Shown piece by piece: positions 50,767 to 61,180 of a stretch of DNA of 64,000 nucleotides (positions are counted from its first letter, which is position 1; every line of letters begins with the position of its first letter). The notes beneath the pieces were generated by a model. It was not told the DNA's origin. It worked only from the letters and a program-made list of their open reading frames with translations, and did no database searches. Both the position numbers and the translations under genes were made by a program. Source of the stretch: an uncultured Gammaproteobacteria bacterium (GTDB lineage Bacteria > Pseudomonadota > Gammaproteobacteria > GCA-001735895); assembly GCA_913061315.1 (NCBI GenBank), contig CAJXUC010000001.1:72197-136196 (forward strand). Reading direction: 5' to 3'.

Positions 50767-51216
50767 ATGTTAGATGAGAAGGACCAAAGATTTTTACGTG
50801 TCGCTTATGACGAAGCCAAAGCTGGGTTTGATGAAGGCGGTTGTCCGATTGGCAGTTCATTGGCTAAAGATGGCCAATTAATCGCTCAGGGGCGCAATCA
50901 GCGAGTGCAAGCTGGAGATCCAATTGCTCATGGTGAAATGGATTGCTTACGAAAAGCCGGCCGCCAGAAAAGTTATAAGGGTATGACGTTATATACTTCA
51001 TTGTCTCCGTGCATGATGTGTTCTGGTACAATTGTACAGTTTGGTATCCAACGAATAGTGGTGGGTGAAAATAAGAACTTTGGTGGCAATGAAGCATTTC
51101 TACGTAGTCGAGGAGTTGAAGTCATCCTAGCGGACGATAAAGATTGCGAAGACTTAATGCAACGTTTTATCACTGAAAAACCAGAATTGTGGGCAGAGGA
51201 TATTGCTGAAGATTAA
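50767..51216 (+). CDS. CDA-fold cytosine deaminase (yeast Fcy1-type) / nucleoside deaminase
   Basis: Start at ATG 50767 (AGGAG 8 nt upstream). Zinc motifs HGEMDCL and SPCMMCSGTIV. Near-collinear with S. cerevisiae Fcy1 by recall (…GGCPIGSSL…GRNQR…HGE…TLYTSLSPCMMCSGTIVQFGIQRIVVGEN.NF…LRSRGVEV…). Confidence 0.78.
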   Translation: MLDEKDQRFLRVAYDEAKAGFDEGGCPIGSSLAKDGQLIAQGRNQRVQAGDPIAHGEMDCLRKAGRQKSYKGMTLYTSLSPCMMCSGTIVQFGIQRIVVGENKNFGGNEAFLRSRGVEVILADDKDCEDLMQRFITEKPELWAEDIAED

Positions 51217-52113
51217 TCGCTATGTTTTAAAAAGCCTCTGAAAATAATGCAAGAGGAGATAGTGACGCGCATTGAATCGATTAAAAGCGGTAAGTTTTGT
51301 TAGAAATTAAAGATGCGACGCTCTAATAAAGCAGAAAAAAAGTAGCCGTTAAACTTCATCGAATAAATGGGTTCGGTTATGAGTTATGCTCACTTTATTC
51401 GTACAACAAGCCTTTCAAAACAACATCAATTAGAGTTTTTTTGCTTCTTCAATAAGCCTTATCTGACAAGGGCTGACCATTATTAAGCACATTGTTCGGC
51501 GTACTTAAATCTGCGTAGTGCTGGGTTGAGGCCCAGATCATATAAAGAAGATAACGCGGATGTACCGGCCGCAACATACCTCAGTCGATCCAGCTTTGAA
51601 TCTGTTTTTCACGAGATTGGCACCATTCAAGCAGGTGACTTTCCATGTAGTCACGCATCGTGACTGATTTCGTTGGCCCAAACTTTCCACCCGTTTGGAC
51701 GACTGCGTGATAACGCCATTTTAGCGCTAATAAAAGCGTTGAGGGCTTCTTGAGGATCATCATGGTCATCAAATTGATCGGCGGCTTTTAATCATACGAG
51801 GAATACGTCATCTTAGCGCCCTGAAAACCACAAGTAGCAAAGACGAATTCAGCAACCCAAAGAATAAATTTTTCACCTCGCCTTCGTCGCTTTGCATTGC
51901 TCGTTGGAGAGATTTCTTCAGATTGAGTACGTTTAACATCCAAGGCGATTATCCTCGCTGGTTATCTATACTTAACTTTAATAGAGATGGGGATATTGAC
52001 AGTAGAGAGACTATAATAAGGTGTTTAAATTCAAGTGATCAGTCTGACAAATTCATTTCATATAGATTAGAATTTGTATCACGAAGTGAAAAACTAAAAC
52101 CTGAGAGACATTT

Positions 52114-52767
52114 ATGAGCCACAAAGTCCATCTGATAGACCACCCTTTGATCCAACATAAACTAACCCTAATGCGTCAAAAAAATACGGCTGCCGCAGAG
52201 TTCAGAAGGCTTTTAAAGGAAATTAGCTTATTGGTTGGATACGAAGCCACGCGCGATTTAGCAATGACAACCAAGGTAATTGACACGCCACTTGAAGCAA
52301 TGGAAGCCCCTATTTTGGCGGGCAAAAAAATGTGCTTCTTTTCAATTTTGCGGGCAGGAGAAGGGCTTTTATCTGGATTAGAAGAGTTAGTACCTTCTGC
52401 CAGAATTGGCCATGTTGGGCTCTATCGTGACCCCGTAACATTAGAGGCCATTGAGTATTACTTTAAAGCCCCTGCAGATCTTGAGCAACGGCTTTGCATC
52501 GTGGTAGACCCAATGTTAGCGACCGGACATTCGGCGTCCGCTGCTCTGACTAGAATTAAAGGTGCAGGTGCTAAAAACATTCGTTTTATTTGTCTATTGG
52601 CTGCTCCTGATGGTATTCAAACACTCAAGGAAGACCATCCAGATGTGCCTATATACACGGCTTCTTTGGATCGAGAGTGCAATGAGAAAGGTTATATTTT
52701 GCCCGGCTTAGGTGATGCTGGAGATCGATTGTTTGGAACTCGTTCAGGCAGTATAAAAAAGAAATAG
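52114..52767 (+). CDS. upp: uracil phosphoribosyltransferase
   Basis: 217 aa. Collinear with E. coli Upp by recall (…HPL..HKL.LMR…, ILRAG…, PRPP motif [13 protein letters not shown], …YTASLD…[12 protein letters not shown]…FGT). Confidence 0.92.
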   Translation: MSHKVHLIDHPLIQHKLTLMRQKNTAAAEFRRLLKEISLLVGYEATRDLAMTTKVIDTPLEAMEAPILAGKKMCFFSILRAGEGLLSGLEELVPSARIGHVGLYRDPVTLEAIEYYFKAPADLEQRLCIVVDPMLATGHSASAALTRIKGAGAKNIRFICLLAAPDGIQTLKEDHPDVPIYTASLDRECNEKGYILPGLGDAGDRLFGTRSGSIKKK

Positions 52768-52871
52768 TTAAAAACTTATTGTAGTGGAGGGTAGGTGTAA
52801 AACGTCGAAGTCAGAGACACAAGCCAAGCAATAATATTGCTTTATGCAGGCAGAAATATAGTTTCTAAATA

Positions 52872-52927
52872 TTGCCGCTACTGATTCAGATTATTTTTGA
52901 TCAGAATCAGTAACGGCAACTTTTTTA
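52872..52927. terminator. bidirectional rho-independent terminator between convergent upp and dcyD-like gene
   Basis: A 16-bp stem ttgccgctactgattc / gaatcagtaacggcaa with one mismatch and a 16-nt loop, followed by cTTTTTT. Confidence 0.6.
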
Positions 52928-52940
52928 AGTATTACGGGGT

Positions 52941-53966
52941 TTAGATGTATCCGGGTAGGTTGAATACGTCTGGATAGCCGCATAATGAAACACTGCCGCC
53001 CGTGTGTAAGAAAACAACATTCTCACCCTTTTTGAAGTGACCTTTTCGGATCAGGTCGACTAGCCCTGAGAAGCCTTTGCCAGAATAAACAGGATCAAGC
53101 AAAATACCTTCATATTGAGCCATTAACTTAACCGCCTCAACCATTGCTTCTGTTGGCAAACCATAGCCATCACCCACATAATCGCTGTTGGCCACAACAC
53201 GCTCACGTTTTACAACGTCTGGATCCATACCCATGAAGTCAGCCGTTCGCTGCGCTAGGCTAAATACCATTTCTTCCTGCTTCTGTTTTGGGGCACGAAC
53301 ACCCACGCCATAAACAGGAATGCCTGAGTTCATGCCTTCCATTCCCAGTACAAGACCAGCTTGTGTGCCTGAACTGCCGGTAGCATGCACTAGGTGATCA
53401 ATTTGTAATGAACGATCATTAGCCTGAGTAATTAACTCAACTGCTGCATTAACGTAACCAAGTGCGCCAATCTCGTTAGAGCCACCACCGGGAATAATGT
53501 ATGGGTTACGGCCATCGTCACGAAGTTTCTGTGCGATGACTTCCATCTCTGCGTTCATGTCGGTATTAGCGGCGCGTTTAGCGATTGTTGCACCATGTAA
53601 TTGGTTGAACAAAACATTGCCGTTGAGAACATAAGCATCATCTTCATAGCCGGTTCTATCTTCTAACAAAATATGGCATTCAAGCCCCATTTTAGCGGCT
53701 ATCGCAGTCGTTTGACGTGCATGGTTTGATTGTGTGGCACCCTGTGTAATGATCACATCCGCCTTCTTTAGTTGAGCGTCAGCCATTAAGAACTCAAGCT
53801 TACGAGTTTTGTTACCACCAGATGATAGGCCGGTACAATCATCGCGTTTAATCCATAAATTTGGGCCACCCAATGCTTCTGATAAGCGTGGCATTGGTTC
53901 GAGTGCAGTTGGTAGATGGGCGAAATGTAAGCGAGGAAATTTTGAAAGATGCATTTTAGTCTCCAA
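52941..53966 (-). CDS. dcyD: PLP-dependent D-cysteine desulfhydrase / ACC-deaminase family enzyme
   Basis: 341 aa. …[28 protein letters not shown]… with PLP-lysine in GGNKTRKL; tryptophan-synthase-beta fold II. Confidence 0.8.
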   Translation of the reverse strand: METKMHLSKFPRLHFAHLPTALEPMPRLSEALGGPNLWIKRDDCTGLSSGGNKTRKLEFLMADAQLKKADVIITQGATQSNHARQTTAIAAKMGLECHILLEDRTGYEDDAYVLNGNVLFNQLHGATIAKRAANTDMNAEMEVIAQKLRDDGRNPYIIPGGGSNEIGALGYVNAAVELITQANDRSLQIDHLVHATGSSGTQAGLVLGMEGMNSGIPVYGVGVRAPKQKQEEMVFSLAQRTADFMGMDPDVVKRERVVANSDYVGDGYGLPTEAMVEAVKLMAQYEGILLDPVYSGKGFSGLVDLIRKGHFKKGENVVFLHTGGSVSLCGYPDVFNLPGYI

Positions 53967-54080
53967 AGTTAATTTAATGCATAGTTACACAAATAAAAAC
54001 GAAGAAACAATGCTTATTTCTTTGCTTAAAGTTATTATTTGTTATATTAGGTTTTGAGACTATTAACAATAGTAATCATT

Positions 54081-54977
54081 ATGGATCTTAAAGGTTTAGA
54101 AGATTTACTTGCACTATTAGAAGAGCAATCCTTCACCCGTGCAGCGAAGCGAAGACACGTCACTCAGCCTGCTTTTTCACGGCGGATACGCCTACTCGAA
54201 GATTGGTTAGGCGTGGATATTGTTGATAGACGAACCAAGCCTGTTAGTATTTTGCCTGCTGGAAGAGAGTTAGAAGAGGGTTTTAGGGACTTAATCACAC
54301 GCTTATATGCATTGCGTAGCCGTATACAGGCAAAATCTAAAAATCAGGATAGAATCAGTTTTGTTGCTCAGCACACGTTAGCAATGTCTAGGTTTCCACG
54401 GCTCATTAAAGCGATCAAAAGACAATTGCCTGATACCGCCTATCGAGTGACACCGGTGAATAATCATGAGTGTGAATCGCAATTTAGGAAAGAAGGTCAA
54501 TTTTTACTCTGTTATGAGGCATCGCACTTTGAGTTTGATTTCACCTATTCTTCAGTAAAGAGAATTTTTCTCAATAAGGAATCACTTATTCCGGTTATCA
54601 GTCGTGATGCCTTGCATCAGTTCAACAATATTCAGTCATTGCTGACAGGTAATATTCCGATGTTAATGTATCAGGAAGGTGGATTTATGGCCGATGTAAT
54701 TGCTAGAACCTGTTTACCTCAAGTCATGCGGGACTATAAAATAGATGTTATCTGTGAATCTGCTTTTTCAGCCAGCTTAAAAGAAATGGCCTTGGCAGAT
54801 ATGGGTGTTGCCTGGTTAGCTGAAGGAATTATTGAAAAAGAGCTTAGTACTGGCACATTAATATCGCTCGACAGTTACTTTGGCAGCACTGAGCTTGATA
54901 TTGTTTTGTATTATAGAGAAGACAATCAATCCGAACAGGCTAAGCGTGTTTTCGAATACTTGCATTCAGAGTTTTAA
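54081..54977 (+). CDS. LysR-family transcriptional regulator (divergent from dcyD-like gene)
   Basis: Start at MDLKGLEDLLALLEEQSFTRAAKRRHVTQPAFSRRIRLLE… (the ORF extends to 54054). wHTH plus LysR substrate-binding domain. Confidence 0.85.
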   Translation: MDLKGLEDLLALLEEQSFTRAAKRRHVTQPAFSRRIRLLEDWLGVDIVDRRTKPVSILPAGRELEEGFRDLITRLYALRSRIQAKSKNQDRISFVAQHTLAMSRFPRLIKAIKRQLPDTAYRVTPVNNHECESQFRKEGQFLLCYEASHFEFDFTYSSVKRIFLNKESLIPVISRDALHQFNNIQSLLTGNIPMLMYQEGGFMADVIARTCLPQVMRDYKIDVICESAFSASLKEMALADMGVAWLAEGIIEKELSTGTLISLDSYFGSTELDIVLYYREDNQSEQAKRVFEYLHSEF

Positions 54978-55167
54978 ACGGAAATTAGTTTGTTCAGAGA
55001 AAGAGCCTTAATGGGGTATCAAAGCATGCCATATTGGATTGATTTATTTAGCCCTAGATTTTTATAAGAGAACTTTATTTTATTAGAATGTAGGGATAGC
55101 TAAAGAGGCACTTCATAAACCATTGTAAGACTTAATATTGAATCAGGATTAATCTAAAAGTAACTGA

Positions 55168-55650
55168 ATGAAGATTAGAACCGCCAACACAAATGATTTT
55201 AATCAAATCTGGCCTATATTTCACGAAATAGTAAAGGCGGGTGATACTTATGCTCTTTCTCCTGAAACAAGCCAACTTGAGGCGAAGGAAATCTGGTTAG
55301 AACAGCCAAGGAAAACTTTCATAGTAGAAGAAAAGGGCAAAGTATTGGGCACCTATATCATTAAGACTAATCAAGCTGGCCCGGGAGAGCATGTCTGTAA
55401 TTGTGCATATATGGTGTCATCAATAGCCCGAGGCCAGGGGCTTGCAACAATGATGTGCGAACATTCACAGGTAATCGCACGTGGTATGGGTTACAAAGGC
55501 ATGCAATTCAACTTTGTTGCCGGTAACAATATAATTGCCATTAAGCTTTGGCAAAAGCTCGGTTTTGACACAGTTGGAAATTTACCTAAAGCTTTTAATC
55601 ATCCCAAGGTAGGGTTCATCGATGCACTCGTGATGTACAAATGGCTCTGA
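55168..55650 (+). CDS. GNAT-family N-acetyltransferase
   Basis: 160 aa with acetyl-CoA binding motif A region (…IARGQGLATMM…) and GNAT fold length. Confidence 0.75.
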   Translation: MKIRTANTNDFNQIWPIFHEIVKAGDTYALSPETSQLEAKEIWLEQPRKTFIVEEKGKVLGTYIIKTNQAGPGEHVCNCAYMVSSIARGQGLATMMCEHSQVIARGMGYKGMQFNFVAGNNIIAIKLWQKLGFDTVGNLPKAFNHPKVGFIDALVMYKWL

Positions 55651-58004
55651 CCGCTAGTTTTCTGTTGACAAGACAGTGGCGTGATACACCAACAGGAATT
55701 TGTCTCGACTTTTGGTTGGTGAGCAAAAAAGGGCCGATTCATGTTTCTATTCCGAATCAAAAAGCTATTTTTTTCATCCGCACCACAGACTGTGACCAAG
55801 TAGCGACAGCCCTGAAACGTATAGGTTCTATGGTAATCAAGCCGTTAGATTTAAAATCATTCCGTTTTGAATCGATGAGTGGTGTTTACTTTGATTCACA
55901 ACAAAAACTGTATCAAGCACGTGAGCTGCTGAAACATCAAAACATACCTTGTTATGAGTCAGATATTCGACCAGCAGATCGTTATTTGATGGAGCGCTTT
56001 ATAACAGCACCTGTGTCGATTGAATTTGACGATTATCAAAATCTAATCGAACCGGCTCGACTCAAGCCGACTAGTTACACACCAACGTTTGAGGTGATGT
56101 CATTTGATATTGAAACAGATTACGCCACAAACGAATTATTCTCGATTGCTTTTGCTTCCAATGATTGCCAAAAAGTTTTAATGATTGGTAATCATAAAAA
56201 TACTAGTCTAATTGAATATGTCAACGATGAAAGAATGCTTCTGAGGCGTTGGATCGAGACTGTGATTGATATAGATCCAGATATATTTATCGGTTGGAAT
56301 GTTGTCAATTTTGATTTAAAAGTGTTACAGGAAAGGTCTAAAAAGTTAGGTGTTCCATTGCGAATAGGTCGTGGTAAAACGATAGCGCATTGGCGTAAAG
56401 CTCAGACAGAAACTGACCATTACTTCATATCAATTCCTGGAAGAGTCGTGCTATGTGGTATAGATACCCTGAAAAGTGCCACTTATAACTTCCCAAGCTT
56501 CTCACTCGAAGTGGTTGGACAGACATTACTGGGTCGGGGTAAATTAATTCATGACAGTCAGTCGTTGCATGACCCATTATTTAAAGCAAAGGAAATTCAA
56601 CGTCAGTTCCATGAAGACAAGCCAAAACTAGCCGCTTATAACTTAGAAGATTGCCAGCTGGTACGCGACATTTTTGACAAGGCTGATCTAATCAATTTTA
56701 CGATCGAACGGGCACGACTTACAGGGCTTGAGATGGACAAAGTGGGTGGTTCGGTCGCTGCATTTGATAATCTCTATTTACCAAGACTGCATCGCAAAGG
56801 ATTTGTTGCGCCTAATATTGGTGACTACCAAGGCAAGCTTAGCGCGCCTGGGGGTTATGTAATGGACTCAAAGCCAGGCATGCATCAAAGTGTCCTAGTA
56901 CTCGACTACAAAAGTCTTTACCCTAGTATTATTCGTACATTTAAAGTTGATCCCTATGCACGAATTGTGGCTAAAAAAATGGAGCCAAACGATGTTATCG
57001 ACGGATTTGATGGTGCTAGCTTTAGTAAGGAGGACAATATACTGCCTGACATTATAGCCACACTCTGGCAGGCTCGTGATGTCGCTAAGCAAGGTAACAA
57101 CCCCGCCTTATCCCAGGCGATTAAAATTATTATGAATTCGTTTTATGGTGTTCTGGGAACGCCAGGCTGTCGGGTGCACGATTCTCGTTTAACGAGTTCG
57201 ATTACTAAACGGAGTCATGCCATCATTTTGCAAACAGTCAAAATAATTGAAGCTGAAGGCTATGAAGTAATTTATGGCGATACAGATTCAGTTTTTGTTT
57301 CATTACAAAAAGCTTGTGACAACCAACAGGCAAAAGAAATTGGCGATCAGCTGACGAAGCTAGTTAATCAATACTGGGAACTGATATTAGAGCAGGATTA
57401 TGGCTTACCTTCATATTTAGAAATGGAATTTGAAACCCATTTTAAACAGTTCTTTATGCCGACAGTCAGAGGGTCTGATCAAGGCAGTAAAAAACGATAT
57501 GCAGGATTAATTGAGGATGATCAGGGTAATAGGGTCATACACTATAAGGGGCTAGAAACAGTTCGTACTGATTGGACTGAACTCGCCAAGGTTTTCCAGC
57601 AAAAGTTATATCAATTAGTTTTTGATGGAGAGGCGTACGAAGCCTATATTTTGTTAACGATTAGATTGTTACTGAAGGGGAAATATGACAACCAACTGAA
57701 ATATCGAAAGCGTCTACGAAAGCCATTAGAAAATTATATAAAGAATATTCCACCTCATGCTCAAGCTGCAATCAAAGCTGAGTTATTATTTAAAAAAATG
57801 AATCAACCTTCACGCTATCGAAATAAAATATGGATAGAATATGTGATCACGCTAAGCGGGGCTGAGACTTTGGAATGTCAGAAGTCAAAACTTGATTATG
57901 AACATTACATCGAAAGGCAATTGACCCCCATCGCCGACACAATTTTGACTGCTGTAAATAGTTCTATGGAGGCGGTTACCGGACAACAGCAAAATTTATT
58001 TTGA
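55641..58004 (+). CDS. polB: DNA polymerase II (family B)
   Basis: 787 aa. N-terminus collinear with E. coli PolB by recall (MA.AGFILTRHWRDTP.G….FWL). ExoI DIETD (SFDIETD), polymerase motif A (LDYKSLYPSII), motif C YGDTDS, and KKRYA. Confidence 0.93.
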   Translation: MALTASFLLTRQWRDTPTGICLDFWLVSKKGPIHVSIPNQKAIFFIRTTDCDQVATALKRIGSMVIKPLDLKSFRFESMSGVYFDSQQKLYQARELLKHQNIPCYESDIRPADRYLMERFITAPVSIEFDDYQNLIEPARLKPTSYTPTFEVMSFDIETDYATNELFSIAFASNDCQKVLMIGNHKNTSLIEYVNDERMLLRRWIETVIDIDPDIFIGWNVVNFDLKVLQERSKKLGVPLRIGRGKTIAHWRKAQTETDHYFISIPGRVVLCGIDTLKSATYNFPSFSLEVVGQTLLGRGKLIHDSQSLHDPLFKAKEIQRQFHEDKPKLAAYNLEDCQLVRDIFDKADLINFTIERARLTGLEMDKVGGSVAAFDNLYLPRLHRKGFVAPNIGDYQGKLSAPGGYVMDSKPGMHQSVLVLDYKSLYPSIIRTFKVDPYARIVAKKMEPNDVIDGFDGASFSKEDNILPDIIATLWQARDVAKQGNNPALSQAIKIIMNSFYGVLGTPGCRVHDSRLTSSITKRSHAIILQTVKIIEAEGYEVIYGDTDSVFVSLQKACDNQQAKEIGDQLTKLVNQYWELILEQDYGLPSYLEMEFETHFKQFFMPTVRGSDQGSKKRYAGLIEDDQGNRVIHYKGLETVRTDWTELAKVFQQKLYQLVFDGEAYEAYILLTIRLLLKGKYDNQLKYRKRLRKPLENYIKNIPPHAQAAIKAELLFKKMNQPSRYRNKIWIEYVITLSGAETLECQKSKLDYEHYIERQLTPIADTILTAVNSSMEAVTGQQQNLF

Positions 58005-58038
58005 TTGCAGTAGGTTAAGTACGAACTACTGCAATCAA
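58001..58038. terminator. perfect 13-bp-stem hairpin between convergent polB and deaD (bidirectional terminator-like)
   Basis: ttgattgcagtag – 12 nt – ctactgcaatcaa; overlaps the polB stop and ends 3 nt before the deaD stop. A/T-rich flanks but no long T-run. Confidence 0.5.
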
Positions 58039-58041
58039 CGT

Positions 58042-60027
58042 TTAGTCACTTTGTTTTTTTAGGCCTAACTTTTTTAACGGTTCTTGGCCTGCTGAGTTGC
58101 TGTCACTAGTGCTTTTAACAATCTTCCTTTTTGGCTTTCCTTTGTCCTTCGTATCACGTTTTCTAATTTTTTCTCTTGGCTTATCTTCGACCTTTGGCGG
58201 TCTCTTGTCTCGCTTTTTACCGGTCGACTCTGGCTTACTATCATTCCCTTGGTTGCGATCTCTACCCTGACTTCTGTCTGAGCTTTGACCCCGATCTCTA
58301 TCTCTGCCTGAACCTGCATCCGCTCGCTGTGCAATATCTTCTTTGCTAGCCACAGAAATATCCAGAGGATAGGTACCAATACGGACACGCTTTAAACTTT
58401 CAAATAATTCATTAGGCATACCATCGGGCATGTCCACTAAGCTGTGTCCTTCAAATATCTTAATTCGACCTATATTTTTACTGTCGATATTGGCCTCATT
58501 GGCAATAGCACCAACAATATTACCGGGCATAATTTTATGTTCATGCCCAACTTCTAGGCGATAAGTCTTCATGCCTTCTTCTGGACCGGCATTGGCATCA
58601 CGCCGTGATGAGCGTTCCTTGCGTGGTGGGCGGTCATCTCTATTGCTAACGCGGCTACCACGGTCATCCCCTTTCTTCCAGTCATTATCGGCTTGGCGAT
58701 TGGGTTTATTTTGTAATAGGAAAGGTGTGTCACCTTGTAACATCTGCGCTAATGCACCTGCGATAGCTAAAGGTGTCGCGTCAGTTTCGATTTGATATTG
58801 CTCGACCATTTGATAAAACATTTTAGACTTATCGCTTGCGATGGCATCGGTAATACGCTGTTTGAATCTCTCAATCCGTTTATCATTAATAAGTTCAGTT
58901 GAGGGTAACTCCATCATTTCAATTTCTTTTCGAGTTGCCTTCTCAATAGCGCCTAGCAAACGTCTTTCGCGTGGTGCTACAAATAGAATTGCATCACCCT
59001 GACGTCCGGCCCGACCTGTTCGACCAATCCGGTGGATATAAGCTTCTGCGTCATAGGGGATATCATAGTTTATAACATGGCTAATTCGTTCCACATCAAG
59101 ACCGCGTGCGGCAACGTCCGTTGCAACTAAAATATCGAGCTTACCTTTTTTTAAGTTATCAATGGCACGTTCACGCTGATTTTGGGGAATGTCACCATTC
59201 AGTGGCGTTGAGGCATAACCTCGAGCTTCTAACTTTTCAGACAATTCAACCGTGGCTGTTTTTGTCCTTACGAAGACAATCATAGCGTCAAACTTTTCAG
59301 CTTCGAGTATTCGTGTCAGAGCATCGAGTTTGTGAATGCCGCTAACAGGCCAAAAACGTTGGCGAATAGTGTCCGCTGTAGCCGTCTTTAACTTAATCGT
59401 TACTTCAACAGGATTGTTAAGGTGGCTAGCTGCAATTCGTCGTATTTGGGTGGGCATGGTGGCAGAGAATAAAGCGATTTGACGAGTGTCGGGTGTTTGC
59501 TCCAGTACCCATTCGACATCATCGATAAATCCCATGCGGAGCATTTCGTCTGCTTCGTCTAGTACCAATACCTTAAGATTATTTAATTTGAGGTTTCCTC
59601 GACGCATATGGTCCATGACGCGACCCGGTGTGCCAACAACAACGTGAACGCCACGCTCAAGTGCTCGGATTTGGGTGCGAAATTCTTGCCCACCATAAAC
59701 CGGCAAAACATGGAATCCCTTCATATGCTTGGCATATTTCTGAAATGCTTCAGCAACTTGCAAAGCAAGTTCGCGAGTAGGTGCCAAAACTAATACTTGA
59801 GGATCTTTTTGTTTAAGATCAAGATTAGTCAGTATAGGCAGTGCAAAAGCTGCGGTCTTGCCGGTACCTGTTTGCGCTTGACCGACCACATCTCGTCCTT
59901 CGAGTAACAATGGTATGGTTTGTGCTTGAATTGGAGATGGAGTTTCATATCCAACTTCGTCGAGTATTTTAAAAATAGGTTGAGAAAGCGCCAGTTGATC
60001 GAACGCAGTTACCGAATCGGTGGTCAT
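58042..60027 (-). CDS. deaD: DEAD-box ATP-dependent RNA helicase DeaD/CsdA with C-terminal DbpA-like and RG-rich tail
   Basis: 661 aa. Q-motif (…FDQLALSQPI…PSPIQ), AQTGTGKT, DEAD (VLDEADEML), SAT, HRIGRTGRAG. C-terminal Arg/Asp/Gly/Ser/Lys-rich low-complexity extension. Long (~240 nt) 5' leader. Confidence 0.92.
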   Translation of the reverse strand: MTTDSVTAFDQLALSQPIFKILDEVGYETPSPIQAQTIPLLLEGRDVVGQAQTGTGKTAAFALPILTNLDLKQKDPQVLVLAPTRELALQVAEAFQKYAKHMKGFHVLPVYGGQEFRTQIRALERGVHVVVGTPGRVMDHMRRGNLKLNNLKVLVLDEADEMLRMGFIDDVEWVLEQTPDTRQIALFSATMPTQIRRIAASHLNNPVEVTIKLKTATADTIRQRFWPVSGIHKLDALTRILEAEKFDAMIVFVRTKTATVELSEKLEARGYASTPLNGDIPQNQRERAIDNLKKGKLDILVATDVAARGLDVERISHVINYDIPYDAEAYIHRIGRTGRAGRQGDAILFVAPRERRLLGAIEKATRKEIEMMELPSTELINDKRIERFKQRITDAIASDKSKMFYQMVEQYQIETDATPLAIAGALAQMLQGDTPFLLQNKPNRQADNDWKKGDDRGSRVSNRDDRPPRKERSSRRDANAGPEEGMKTYRLEVGHEHKIMPGNIVGAIANEANIDSKNIGRIKIFEGHSLVDMPDGMPNELFESLKRVRIGTYPLDISVASKEDIAQRADAGSGRDRDRGQSSDRSQGRDRNQGNDSKPESTGKKRDKRPPKVEDKPREKIRKRDTKDKGKPKRKIVKSTSDSNSAGQEPLKKLGLKKQSD

Positions 60028-60282
60028 GAGTAGAGCCTGAGAAAATATAGAATGCCTGAACGCGTAAGCTTGATGGGCAAAGGCCAGAAGGGGGTCGCAT
60101 ATTACAGGCTTTAATGGACGTTTGCACCATAAATCATTGCTCTAATCAATTACTTATTGGCTTAATTGCCATAATTCGCATCAAAAATAGAAATATCGAC
60201 CGAAACTATCTCTTTTGTAATCAGTCCACAAAGCGTAATTAAACTTTGCGTTTTAACCAGCACTCTTATTTTGGTCCTAACT

Positions 60283-61131
60283 ATGCTTCATTTTAAAGCC
60301 GGCTCTTCACTTATAATCGCGCTATTGGTTTTGTTTTTTTCGAGTCTGGTATCGGCAGCACCCGCATCTGAGTTGTGGGGCAAATGGGCATCGTATGATA
60401 TTAACTCAAACCTAACTATCGACCATAGCGAATGGAATGACTTAACTCATCGATTTGTTACGCCTTCCAAAGATGGTATCAATCGATTGGCCTATTCAAA
60501 GTTTCAACAGGGTGAAAAAAAACAGTTGCAAGCCTATATTTTGAGCTTATCGAAAACCCCAATCAGACAATATAATCGAGACGAACAAAAGTCATATTGG
60601 ATCAATTTATACAACGCCGTCACGATCAACTTAATACTGGACAACTATCCCATTGCAAGCATTAGGGAAATTGAATCAGGGTTCTTTAGTTTTGGCCCTT
60701 GGGATAAAGAACTCATTATGGTTGAAGGTGAAAAAATAAGCTTGAATGATATTGAACATCGAATATTACGGCCTATTTGGAAAGATCCTCGAATTCACTA
60801 CGCCGTCAACTGTGCTTCAATCGGATGTCCAAACCTACAATCAAAAGCATTTACGGCAGAGAATGCTGAAGCATTGTTAAATTTAGCGGCGGTTGAGTTC
60901 ATTAATCACGCTCGTGCGGTCAAAGTAAAAAACAACAAACTCCGAGTATCTAGTATTTATAACTGGTACAAAGTTGATTTTGGCGGTACTGATGTAAGCA
61001 TCATCAATCATCTGCGCCAATATGCCAAACCTGAACTTGCCGAGCAACTCAGTAATATAGGGTCGATTGATAATGATGATCATTACAACTGGAGTATTAA
61101 CAGCCTGAGCTCAGAGAAACTCTTCAACTGA
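60283..61131 (+). CDS. secreted DUF547-like protein
   Basis: Signal peptide LIIALLVLFFSSLVSAAPAS. Conserved-looking …YWINLYNAVTINLIL… and …HYAVNCASIGCPNL… resemble the DUF547 pattern as recalled. Function unknown. Confidence 0.45.
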   Translation: MLHFKAGSSLIIALLVLFFSSLVSAAPASELWGKWASYDINSNLTIDHSEWNDLTHRFVTPSKDGINRLAYSKFQQGEKKQLQAYILSLSKTPIRQYNRDEQKSYWINLYNAVTINLILDNYPIASIREIESGFFSFGPWDKELIMVEGEKISLNDIEHRILRPIWKDPRIHYAVNCASIGCPNLQSKAFTAENAEALLNLAAVEFINHARAVKVKNNKLRVSSIYNWYKVDFGGTDVSIINHLRQYAKPELAEQLSNIGSIDNDDHYNWSINSLSSEKLFN

Positions 61132-61180
61132 CCCAGCAGGACTGATACTATTTAATTATTATTTCTCTGGACGCCTAGAC

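Noticed and set aside
51540-51900. Possible transposase/IS fragment between the deaminase gene and upp
   Set aside because: There is no DDE motif, no inverted terminal repeats, no target-site duplication and no similarity to IS families I can recognise. It is kept only as an unexplained degraded region.
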